A DNA stretch of 64,000 nucleotides from Gekko japonicus (taxonomy: Eukaryota), in assembly GCF_001447785.1 (NCBI RefSeq), contig NW_015160330.1:66671-130670 (forward strand), written 5' to 3'. Positions 47,969 through 59,276 of this stretch are shown here, piece after piece. The stretch's first letter is position 1, and each line of letters begins with the position of its first letter. Position numbers and translations under genes: made by a program. The notes below the pieces were generated by a model. That model was not told where the DNA came from. It was given only the letters and a program-made list of their open reading frames with translations, and made no database searches.

Positions 47969-49847
47969 TAAGAAGAAGAAGAGGATTGGATTTATACCCC
48001 ACCCTTCACTCGGAGTCTCAGAGCGGCTTACAACCTCCTTACCCTTCCCCTCCCCACAACAGACAGACACCCTGGGAGGTGGGGGGGGGCTGAGAGAGCT
48101 CTGACAGAAATGGCTCTTTTTCAAGGACAGCTGTGCCAGAGCTTGTGACTGACCCAAGGTCACACCAGCAGGTGCAAGTGGAGGAGTGGGGAATCAAACC
48201 CGGTTCTCCCAGATTAGAGTCCGCACACTTAACCACTACACCAAACTGGCTCTCAAGGCACCAGGAAGTGATGGTAGGCGAGGCTCTGGCAATGGAGCTG
48301 AAAACTCAATGGCGACGGCATCTTGGGAAGACGTCTGTGTCCCCCGCCCTACTTGGTAAGCCTGACTGTCTCCAGGCGACAGAGCGGCTTACAACCTCCT
48401 TACCCTTCCCCTCCCCACAACATGGAGGCTCCTCTGTCAAGAGACCCCGTGGAGGGGGCCCCGCCTCTCCAGACACCCCGCCCCCAAATCTCCCGGTATC
48501 TCCCAGTTGGAGCTGGCAACCCCAGTGAGGAGGGCACTTCCCCAGCCGCCTTCGAGGGGGAGGTCCCGCAGGAGGGGAGGGGGCGAGGGGGGAGTCACCG
48601 CGTGTCTGTTTTAGCAAAGAGAAGAAGAAGAGATTGGATGTATACCCCACCCTTCACTTGGAGTCTCAGAGCGGCTTAAAAACCCCTTTCCCTTCCCCTC
48701 CCCCCAACAGACACACCCTGCGAGGTGGGTGGGGCTGAGAGAGCTCTTGACAGAGACTGCTCTTTTTCAAGGACAGCTGTGCCAGAACTTGTGACTGCCC
48801 CAAGGTCACACCACCAGCTGCATGTGGAAGAGGAGTGGGGAATCAAACCCGGTTCTCCCAGATTAGAGTCCACACACTTAACCACTACACCAAACTGGCA
48901 CTACACCAAACTGGCCACTGCTGCTGATGTACCGACAAGGAAGGAACTTGTGGCTAAATTCGGCCTCCGTGCCAGAGGACTGGAAAGTCGCAAATTCACC
49001 CAGGTTTTTAAAAAGGGGTCCAGAAGAAGAAGAGATTGGATTTATACCCCATGGCCCTTCACTACCCAAAGGTGTCTCAGAGCGGCTCACAAACTCCTTT
49101 CCCTTCCCCTCCCCACAACAGACACCCCTGTGAGGTCGGTGGGGCTGAGAGAGCTCTGACAGAAACGGCTCTTTTTCAAGGACAGCTCTTGTCAGAACTA
49201 TGGCTTGCCCAAGGTCATTCAGCAGGTGCAAGGGGAGGAGTGGGGAATCAAACCTGGCTCTCCCAGATCAGGCTGACAAACTCCTCTCCCTTCCCCTACC
49301 CACAGCAGACACCCCCTGTGAGGTGGGTGGGGCTGAGAGAGCTCTTGACAGAAATTGCCCTTTTCCAAGAACAGCTCTTGTCAGAACTAGGGCTTGCCCA
49401 AGGTCATCCAGCAAGTGCAAGTGGAGGAGTAAACCGGGCTCTCCCAGATCAGGCTGACAAACTCCTTTCCCTTCCCCTCCCCACAACAGACAGACATCCC
49501 TGTGAGGTAGGCGGGGCTGAGAGAGCTCTTGACAGAAATTGCCCTTTTCCAAGGACAGCTCTTGTCAGAACTAGGGCTTGCCCAAGGTCATCCAGCAGCT
49601 GCGAGTGGAGGAGGAGTGGGGGAATCAAACCTGGTTCTCCCGGATCAGGCTTACAATCCCCTTTCCCTTCCCCTGAGGCAGGCGGGGCTGAGAGAGCTCT
49701 GACAGAAACGGCTCTTTTTCAAGGACAGCTCCTTGCCAGAACTATGGCCTCATCCAGCCAGGTGCAAGTGGAGGAGGAGCGGGGGAATCAGATCCGGCTC
49801 TCCCAGGCTAGAGTCCGCACACTCAACCACTACACTAAACTGGCTCT
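47969..49847 (-). mobile_element. Cluster of Squam3-like SINEs (47969-48254, 48618-48915, compound 49022-49847)
   Basis: Repeated reverse-complement head gagccagtttggtgtagtggttaagtgtgcggactctaatctgggagaaccggg and (TCT)n tails. Confidence 0.75.
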
Positions 49848-51474
49848 CAAAGAGCCGGATCTCCCCAGANNNNNNNNNNNNNNNNNNNNNNNNNNNNNNN
49901 NNNNNNNNNNNNNNNNNNNNNNNNNNNNNNNNNNNNNNNNNNNNNNNNNNNNNNNNNNNNNNNNNNNNNNNNNNNNNNNNNNNNNNNNNNNNNNNNNNNN
50001 NNNNNNNNNNNNNNNNNNNNNNNNNNNNNNNNNNNNNNNNNNNNNNNNNNNNNNNNNNNNNNNNNNNNNNNNNNNNNNNNNNNNNNNNNNNNNNNNNNNN
50101 NNNNNNNNNNNNNNNNNNNNNNNNNNNNNNNNNNNNNNNNNNNNNNNNNNNNNNNNNNNNNNNNNNNNNNNNNNNNNNNNNNNNNNNNNNNNNNNNNNNN
50201 NNNNNNNNNNNNNNNNNNNNNNNNNNNNNNNNNNNNNNNNNNNNNNNNNNNNNNNNNNNNNNNNNNNNNNNNNNNNNNNNNNNNNNNNNNNNNNNNNNNN
50301 NNNNNNNNNNNNNNNNNNNNNNNNNNNNNNNNNNNNNNNNNNNNNNNNNNNNNNNNNNNNNNNNNNNNNNNNNNNNNNNNNNNNNNNNNNNNNNNNNNNN
50401 NNNNNNNNNNNNNNNNNNNNNNNNNNNNNNNNNNNNNNNNNNNNNNNNNNNNNNNNNNNNNNNNNNNNNNNNNNNNNNNNNNNNNNNNNNNNNNNGGGGG
50501 GGGGAGAGGATCTCACTCCGTGGGCATGCCAGAGTGGTCCGAAGGGCCTTCCGCAGAGAGGCTGGGCGCTGGAAGAGGGTCCCGCGGTCAGGGTGGGTTG
50601 GAATGCGGGGCCAGGAGGAAACCGGGACTCTTCCCTGGAGGGAGGACCTCTTCGGCCCTGCTCTGCGGAGGGGGAAGAAGGCCCAAGGGAGGCGGTTTGT
50701 CGTTTCCCCTTGGAAGAAAAAAGAGGAGGAGGAGGAAGGAATCCCTGGTGGAGCCTTCTGGCCTCTCGGTACTCTTGGCTCTCATGACCGAGATCCCGGC
50801 AGAGCTGAGCACAGGGGGGTGGGCAGCCAGAGGGATTCCCCCAGAGGAGCAGGTTCACTGCCCCGCATCGGAGGCCCAGACGGAACGTTTCGGTGCCTCC
50901 AGTTCCTTGAGCCAAATCCTTCCCCTCCGGATCTCAGCTGCTGCTCCTTCTTCACGAGGACACTTTCCTGCCCCTTCTCCTCCGCTGGGTTCTCAGACAA
51001 GGTTCTTGCCCAACACCTCTGCCCTGTCGGAGAGACGCCTACAAGGAATGGTCAAGGGCAGTCCCTCTTGTCCTTCTGGGGTTTCCCTGAAGAATCAGCC
51101 CCGAGGACAGACGGAGCCAATGTGGTGAGAGGCTCAGCCTGTGAACATCCTCAAAAGCACCAAACGGAGACCCTGAACTCTCCCAGAGAACCCTGGAGGC
51201 ATACCTCAGACACCGTGGTTAGTAGTATAGAAAAATGATATTGAACCTCGTCTACGGACCCTTTTCTCCTGATCCACCAGGGCAGTTCTCGTGTGTCTCC
51301 TGAGCATGTGAAGGTTTGTGATGCTCAGGGGTGATTCTCCATCCTCTTTGCTTTCCCATGTGACTGTCTCTGTCTCTCATTCCCCCCCCCCCAGAGTGAA
51401 GCCCCTCTTCATAGCCAAGTGACTGAAGGCATCTCTACACCATCAGGAGTGACCCAAAAGAAGGGGAGAGAGAG

Positions 51475-51897
51475 ATGGAGGAGCAGAACCCAGAAGGACC
51501 TGGAACTGGCAAGACAGCGAGGAAAGGCCCCCATCCCACCCAAGCTGGGAGTGGTGCTGAATTCTGGGAAGGCCCGGTGCCAGAGATCCACTCTCAGCTC
51601 ACTGCAATCCCAGATGTACATTGCCGACGCTTCCGGCAGTTCCACTACCATGACGCTGATGGGCCCCGAGAGGTTTGCAACCTGCTCCACGGACTTTGCA
51701 GCCACTGGCTGGAGCCGGAAAAGCACACCAAGAAGCAGATCCTGGACCTGGTGATCCTGGAGCAGTTCCTGACTCTCCTGCCCCAGGAAATGCAGGGCTG
51801 GGTCAGAGGGTGTGGGCCGGAGACCAGTTCCCAGGCGGTGGCCCTGGCCGAAGGTTTCCTCCTGAGTCAGGCCGAGGAGAAGAGGCAGGCAGAACAG
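51475..51897 (+). CDS. SCAN-domain exon, copy 2 (first coding exon of the SCAN-KRAB-ZNF gene)
   Basis: SCAN box [18 protein letters not shown]...[16 protein letters not shown], donor CAG|GTGAGG, same 423-bp length as copy 1. Confidence 0.9.
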
Positions 51898-52173
51898 GTG
51901 AGGGGATTCCCTCCAGGTATCTCCAGTTCAAACAACAATATCTGGCCTTATCCCAAAGGTTCCCTGCCAGACATGTGACCAAGTGTTAATCATCCCAATT
52001 GGAGGTTTAACGGCCTCCTTCAGCAGCCTCTTCTACGAGAGATTTTCTGATCCCTCCAGATAACTCACCAGGTCTGCTGATGGAAGGGTGCAGAGTCTGG
52101 GAGTGGGGCAGGATCCGTTCCTCGATCTCTTCTCCATTCCGTCTCTTACTCCTCTCCCTCACTGTTTGTTTAG

Positions 52174-52288
52174 ATGTGGGCACCATCCCTGAAGACAGGA
52201 GTGACAGTCCCTGAGGCGGAAGGAGCTTCCTTGGAGCAAGGGCAGAGGGCGCAGGCTGTGGAGCGTGCCCAAGACGCTCTCTCCAGGG
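52174..52288 (+). CDS. Exon 2 of the SCAN-KRAB-ZNF gene
   Basis: tttag acceptor and G|gtaagg donor, open frame MWAPSLKTGVTVPEAEG...ALSR, ends in phase 1. Confidence 0.7.
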
Positions 52289-54639
52289 GTAAGGAGGACT
52301 CATCCTGCCTTGGTGTGATTGGGGCACCCCTGTGAGTTTGATGGGTAGAGAGTCCAGGTCAGGAAAAGAACTAAAGACTTCTTCACACACACAGAGTTAA
52401 TCTCCTGCACTCCATGTCCACTAAAAGGAGATTATTCCTCCCATTAACTTAAATATTCATATCTCACCTTCCTTCCATAAGAGGAGCTCCAGGTGGCTTA
52501 AAAGAGACAAGGCAAAGAGACCTCGGCAGATAGAGCTATCCAATCTGGGGAATGAAGGGAGCCTCCACCGTCTGGGGCAGCAGAGCTCTGGAAACCAGTT
52601 TCTAGGACCCAATAATAATGGAAAAAAATGGTTTCTGTGCCCAAACATATAAGAAGAGAAGAGAGAGAAGAGATTGGATTTATACCCCGCCCTTCACTCG
52701 GAGTCTCAGAGCGGCTTACAAACTCCTTTCCCTTCCCCTCCCCACAACAGACACCCTGTGAGGTGGGTGGGGCTGAGAGAACTCTGACACAAACTGCTCT
52801 TTTTCAAGAACAGCTGTGCCAGAGCTTTTGACTAACCCAAGGTCACATCAGCAGGTGCAAGTGGAGGAGTGGGGAATCAAACCCGGTTCTCCCAGATTAG
52901 AGTCCACGCACTTAACCACTACACCAAACTGGCTCTCCTAAGGGCTTCTGGTGGGCTGCTGTGGAAAATAGGATGCTGGAGTAGGGATGGCAGGCGATGC
53001 CACCCACCTTGGAGCTTTGGGGCGGGCCTTCGTGAGTGGCTTTGGGCAGCTGTGGTCTCAGGTTGGAGTTTTGACTGGCTGAAAACCCGGTTATGAAGTT
53101 AGCACGCCAAGAGACACTCTGAAAACTTACCCTCCAGTCTCCAGATTTGCTCAAGTCACTTCTGGGCTGAATGTGACGGTGACATGCATGAAGAAAAGTT
53201 TTTCTCCACCTCTGGGCAGAGAACAGACAGGCAGGAAAAGGGAAAGGCAGTGCAATGTCCTTCTGGCTTATTTTCATACAAATTGGTTTGATATGATTGC
53301 TAAGCAGAGGCTAAAGATCTAGCAGGAGAGATAATGGGTGGGTCAAATTCTCCCCCCTTCTGCAAGCAGGGAACAGAGTACTGGAGGTGTGAAATGCTAG
53401 AGTGACTTTAGGAAGGGGATTCCTGGAGATCTCTGGGAAACGCCTCTTTCACCCATCCTGGCCATGTAAGGGGGAGGAGAAACAGATGAAGGAGGTCTCT
53501 TTTCTTGGGGTGTGGAGTCCATGAATACACACAGACTTCTCCATGGGGAAGGCAGCCATTGACCATGTCCTTGACAAAATAGGTTGAGCAAACTAGAACC
53601 CCTGAGCTACAGAGCCTCTCCTATTTTAACATCTGGTAAGGAATATACAGATAAAGGGACAGAGGGTTTGCGTTTTACCTATTTCTTTTGATTCCCTTGG
53701 TCAGTTTGGTGCTGTGCTGAAAGTATGCTTGTGGGCGTTTTATTTTGAATAAATACTTTATAAGGTTTAATGCTGGCTGTGCTTCTGTGTACCACATAGA
53801 GCTCCACCGTCTCGGACAGGCTTTTTTATAAGGAGCACCGGGGGAAGGCGGGCAGTTAGGAAGTGGCTATTCCTCCAGGGGGGCGCGAAAGGCAGGAAAC
53901 TGTCCCCATGGTGACCAGGCGCCGGTCAGCAGGAGACACAGAGGCAAGGCCTCAGAGCTTGGAAGGGAAGCTGGGACTCGCAGTGTCCCCTCTAAGCTGA
54001 GTTAGTGGGAGTCTGTTCACAGTGTATTAGCCTCCGGCTCGCACATTTTTGTCTTCACTCAGGAAGGAGGGCTCCAGAAGAGCAATCTGATTTATGCAGC
54101 AGCCCAATCCCTCGCTCACAGCTTTAATGCCAGCAGCTCACAAAGTAGAATTTTTGCTCACAAGGCTCCACAGCTTCGAGGGAGCATTGGCAGGGAGTCC
54201 GGACCAATTCCTTATAGAGGTCAGGTGGTGGAAGCGGGTTTCCAAGGAGAGAGAGAGAAAAGCCTCTCCAGGGAGGTGGGAACCCCTTCGGGTGCAGCGC
54301 TGAATACCCCCCCACAGGCCGAAGCAGGCCCCCTTCTGCCACAACGTGTCATGCGTGGCGTCATTTCCACCCCCCTCTTTCCAGACACGGGTTTCACAGA
54401 TCCCGGAGGCTCAGAGGCACCTGTCGCATCTCTTCTACCCGTATCAGCATTTAATAGAAAGCCTTGAAGACTTTGTTCATTCAACTTGTATCCCGCTCCT
54501 TCCCCGCAGCAGGGCTCAGGGCAGGTTCTGACAACTGAGTGTGCTGCCAGGGCAAAGGTTTCAGACTCCCGGGAAGGGGTGTGTGTGTGTGAAGCAGGAA
54601 AGAAACAAACAAAGGCCCTTCCTTCCTCCTTTGTTTCAG

Positions 54640-54716
54640 GGACAGGCAGGGAAGAGATGCTGTTGAGCCGTCGTCTCTTCAGAGGTGTGGAAACGGCTGC
54701 TGCTCCTCCAGTCCAG
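54640..54716 (+). CDS. Probable exon 3 (pre-KRAB linker) of the SCAN-KRAB-ZNF gene
   Basis: Polypyrimidine tract plus tttcag acceptor (alternative in-frame AG at 54644-54645). The frame is compatible with exon 2 (GTGREEMLLSRRLFRGVETAAAPPVQ) and the donor is CAG|gtagga. Confidence 0.6.
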
Positions 54717-54995
54717 GTAGGAGAGATGAGCGGGGGGGGGTGTAGACACCTGCAGAAAGCCCCTCTTGCCAAGCTACCTTAATTAGTAGGCTGTCAGACC
54801 AAGAAGCCTGATTTCAGCCGAATATGAACAATCAAACCTCAAATAGACTTTGTTCTATCTGTCTTCTCTTGCAAGCAGTTATTGATTTTCTGTTGTTTGC
54901 CCTTACCGCTGGGAGACTGCAAGTTTGTAGAATCAAAGAGCAAATATTGGCTAAAGTAAATATTCCCTGCTGTTGACTAAAGAGGAGGGAGGGGG

Positions 54996-57447
54996 TGTAT
55001 GTGGAGTAAGTTTTGCCCTACTGTACGGCTTATTTCCATTCTTATTTTTCATTCTTATTTTACTCTCATTTAAACTCTATAGAAACTGTTTATGACAAGC
55101 TTATCTTATACACAATGTGCATGTTTTGCTATGGAGACATGGGACTTTCCAGGATGGGTTTTTCCAGACATGAGCTAAGTTGCAGGGAAGGCTAAGTTAG
55201 GCAGTTTGCACATACCAAAGTCCTAGTGACCGGGCGATAATGATAAGATAGTTGGGACATTTGGGGACTTTGTCCAGGATCATTTAGAATAACAGACATG
55301 GACACCGGGAATACCCATATTTGGAGGTATTGATACAATAACATGTTTAGATAGCCTGGTCAGCCTGACATAGGAGTAAATGTCGGGAAAAGGCCGTCGC
55401 ATGGGAAGGCCCCGGTCATTAGGAAAGATGAAAACTCAGCTGTTTTTCAGTTGATTGAGAAAACAATCTAAATGTCAAACACTTTTGATTGGTCAATAGA
55501 ATGGGTGGACAGGATTGGGAAAAAGTATATAAGGCAGCGTAGTTAATATCGTGAGTCAGAGAGTTCCAGTCAGAGTTCCAGTTAGAGGTCCAGAGGTCCA
55601 GGGAAGGCAGGCAACCCTCGCTCCAAGCTCCAACCCCCAGAGAAACAGAAGCAGCTCCACCTGAGACTAACATCAGTGGTGAGAACCCTTGTCTTGACTC
55701 TTAGAGTCAAATTGTAATAGGCAAAGATTAAGAACATAAAAACATAAGAACATAAGAGACGCCAATGTTGGATCAGGCCAAAGGCCCATCCAGTCCAACT
55801 CTCTGTGTCACACAGTGGCCAGAAATACCAGTGCCATCAGGAGGTCCAGCAGTGGGGCCAGGACATTAGAAGCCCTCCCACTGTTGACCCCCCCCAAGCA
55901 CCAAGAAGACAGAGCATCACTTGCCCCAGAGCCCCTAGCTATACCTTGTGGCTAATAGCCACTGATGGACCTCTGCTCCATATGCTTATCTAATTCCCTT
56001 TTGAAGCCGTCCATGCTTGTAGCACCCACCACTTCCTGTGGCAGTGAATTCCATGTGTTAATCACTCTTTGGGTGAAGAAGTACTTCCTTTTATCCGTTC
56101 TAACCCGACCGCTCAGCAATTTCATGGAGTGCCCACGGGTTCTTGTATTGTGAGAAAGGGAGAAAAGTACCTCTTTCTCTACCTGCTCTTTCCCATGCAT
56201 AATCTTATAAACCTCGATCATGTCACCCCTCAGTCGTCTTTTCTCCAAGCTAAAGAGCCCTAAGCGCTTTAACCTTTCCTCATAGGGAAAGTGTTCCAAC
56301 CCTTTTATCATTCGAGTTGCCCTTTTCTGCACTTTTTCCAAAGCTATAATATCCTTTTTAAGGTGTGGTGCCCAGAACTGCACACAGTATTCCAAATGAG
56401 GTCTCACCATTGATTTATATAGGGGCATTATTATATTGGCTGATCTGTTTTCAATACCCTTCCTAATAATCCCCAGCATAGCATTGGCCTTCTTTATTGC
56501 AGTCACACACTGTCTCGACATTTTCAGTGAGTTATCCACTACAACTCCAAGATCTCTCTCTTGCTCAGTCTCTGCCAGTTCAGACCCCATCAATGTGTAT
56601 TTATATTTAGGATTTTTGGCTCCAATGTGCATCACCTTGCACTTGGCCACATTGAACCCCATTTGCCATGTTGACGCCCACTTGCCCATCTTTGACAGAT
56701 CCCTTTGGAGTGCCTCACAATCCTCACTGGTTTTCACCACCCTGAACAACTTTGTATCATCCGCAAATTTAGCCACTTCACTGCTTACTCCCAACTCCAA
56801 ATCATTAATGAACAAGTTAAAAAGCAGTGGACCAAGTACTGATCCCTGTGGTACCCCACTGCTTACACCCCTCCACTGGGAGAACTGCCCATTTATACTC
56901 ACTCTCTGTTTTCTATTAATTAGCCAGTTTTTGATCCATAAAAGGACTTGTCCTTTTATCCCATGATTTTTGAGCTTACTTATGAGCCTTTGATGAGGAA
57001 CTTTATCAAAAGCTTTCTGGAAGTCAAGGTAAATAATATCTATTGGATCCCCCTTGTCCACATGTTTGTTCACCCCCTCAAAGAACACTAATAGGTTAGT
57101 GAGACAAGATCTTCCCTTACAGAACCCATGTTGAGTCTGCCTCAATAGGTTTTGTTCATCTATGTGCCTACTAATTCTTTCCTTAATAATGGTTTCCACC
57201 AATTTACCCGGTATCGACGTCAGACTGACTGGCCTGTAATTTCCCGGATCTCCTCTGGAACCCTTTTTAAAGATGGGAGTGACATTAGCTACCTTCCAAT
57301 CCTCAGGAATGGAGGCAGATTTTAAGGAAAGATTACATATCTTTGTCAGGAGAACCAGAACCTGCATAGAACTGTTGATTAATGCCATGCTTAAAACCCT
57401 TTTTAAATTATAGAAATTGTGTCTGGTTTTCCTTCTGTTAAGAGACA
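54996..57447 (+). mobile_element. LTR-like element (~830 bp net) interrupted by the CR1 at 55729-57352
   Basis: Polypurine tract aaagaggagggaggggg immediately before TGT at 54996, ATTGG boxes at ~55488 and ~55513, TATATAA at ~55526, and a GT-rich U5-like end finishing ...GAGACA at 57447. Confidence 0.5.
55729..57352 (-). mobile_element. 5'-truncated young CR1 LINE with open RT frame (ORF2 3' part, stop at 55952)
   Basis: PEDWKVANVTPIFKKG, YLDFQKAFD, GVPQGSVLGP, FADDTKL, RPHLEYCVQFW, and the 3' tail (TTCTTATG)n. Confidence 0.93.
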
Positions 57448-57520
57448 CTGCTGGATCCGGGACAAAGAGCTCTGCAGAGATATGTCATGCTGGAGAACTA
57501 CGGGAATGTGGCCTTTCTGG
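57448..57520 (+). pseudogene. 3' half of a KRAB-A exon (5' half missing)
   Basis: Translates LLDPGQRALQRYVMLENYGNVAFL-G|gtaagg, the C-terminal half of KRAB-A with its canonical donor. No FEEVAVxFTxxEW half is seen upstream. Confidence 0.85.
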
Positions 57521-57751
57521 GTAAGGGTCTTTCACAGGTGCCAACGGTGTGAATTGCTGCCATTGGGATGAGGCATGAATCAAAATATTGAACAGCAACA
57601 CACCGTTTTGAGGCCTGTTCCGCTACCTGGGGAGGGGCTGTGGGTCACCTGCAGAGCATCCGCTTGGCATGTAGAAGGCCCCAGGTTCAATCCCCAGCAT
57701 CTCCAGTGAAAAGGATCAGGTAGGAGCATCTCCAGTGAAAAGGATCAGACC

Positions 57752-58010
57752 TATTAGTGGCTATTAGCCACAAGGTATAGATAGGGGCTCTGGGGCAAGT
57801 GATGCTCTGTCTTCTTGGTGCTTGGGGGTGGGGGCAAGAGTGAGAGGGATTCTAGTGTCCTGGTGTCAACAGTGGGAGGGCTTATGGTGTCCTAGCCCCA
57901 CTGCTGGACCTCCTGATGGCACTGGTATTTTTGGCCATTCTGTGATACAGACTGTTGGACTGGATGGGCCTTTGGCCTGATCCAACATGGGCGTCTCTTA
58001 TGTTCTTATG
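57752..58010 (+). mobile_element. CR1 3' tail, inverted relative to the copy at 55729
   Basis: Ends ggcgtctcttatgttcttatg. Reverse complement of ~55745-55965. Confidence 0.85.
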
Positions 58011-58752
58011 TGGAAGAAGCCCCGTCAGGAGTCGCCTTCAACCGGAGAGCCTTCAGTTGCGTGAGCCACGCTCCTCCAGGTTTTGGCTGCACCTCGGAGC
58101 TGCATCTCCCGGATGCTCTCCCCCCTTGGCTGAGCTGTCCGATTGGCTGGGCAGAAAGTGGCGTACTAACCCGGTTCTCCGGAGCACAGGAACACGCCTT
58201 GCCTCATCCACCAGTCTTGCATGGACTCCTTGGGTCTGGGGCGCTGGCTTCTCGCCTCACCTCCCGGTCTCTTCGGGGTCACTTTGGGCAGAAGAGATCA
58301 TGGAAACACCGAAGACACAGCAGAATTGAAGGTTAACATTCCAGAGTCACTCCCCCAGTCCCATGGCAGCTAGGACAGACAGAGGCCTAGCGGACAGTCA
58401 GCACCCTCCTAATCCCCCCTCCCTCCTGTTTACACAGCTGGTTACAGGTACTCAAGATTAACCAATGACCCCATTCTGGAGTCTGGCCTTGAAAAAGATC
58501 AGGATGTTAGCTGCAGGGAGACTCAAATCACGAACACCTGCAAGTCAGACCAGTCCACTTAATAATCATGTGAACCCTTGGGGGAAGAAAGGTGCTTTGC
58601 CTCACAGATCCACCCCCCCTTAAACTGGTTGGGATTTTGGGATTGTGGGCTTTCATCTTGACTCTGGTTCCATCCTTCCAGAATAATATTTACTCTTCAA
58701 TTTCTTTCCTTCCTTCTATAAGAATGATCTCTCTCTCTCTCAGAATATTTTC

Positions 58753-58794
<42 letters not shown>

Positions 58795-59276
58795 GCTAGA
58801 AGTATAAGAGAGACTATGGTGGAGACAGACTACAGCCTCGCATCCAAAGAAAGGCTGGAGAGTTCCTCAAGAGGATCTCAAGATCATATCTCCTTCCCAG
58901 ATGAGCTGCCTGAGAGTGAGTATCCTTCACGGTTATGTCCAGGGAACAGGCAAGAAATAGCTGTGGGGGATTTCTGATTCACTTCTGAGCAGCATTTGGT
59001 TTGGGACAGTCATACAGCTCTCTGGGTAAGGAGGGAGGGAGGAACGGAGGCCTTCTGGGGCCCTGAAATCTGGAGGCTCGGAAACGCCTTCTACTCTAGA
59101 GCTCAGCTGTGCCTCTTGAGGGAGTGAGGTATCCTTAAATACTAGATATTCTGGGAGAAGGTGGAGGTTGGTGGTAGTTAAGATCACACAAGCTAAAGGG
59201 CTGTCCGTCCTTTCCTATTGCCTTTGGACCTTACCAGCCCTCCCAGGTGCTAACAGGATCTCTCTGTTTATTCCAG

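Larger units (their letters stand above)
50500..53092 (+). repeat. Segmental duplication, copy 2 (contains an extra SINE at ~52652-52937)
   Basis: Colinear with 37320-39510. Confidence 0.9.

Noticed and set aside
57353-57448. N-terminal ~30 aa of the 498-aa minus ORF
   Set aside because: Lies outside the CR1. It is chance read-through into flanking DNA.
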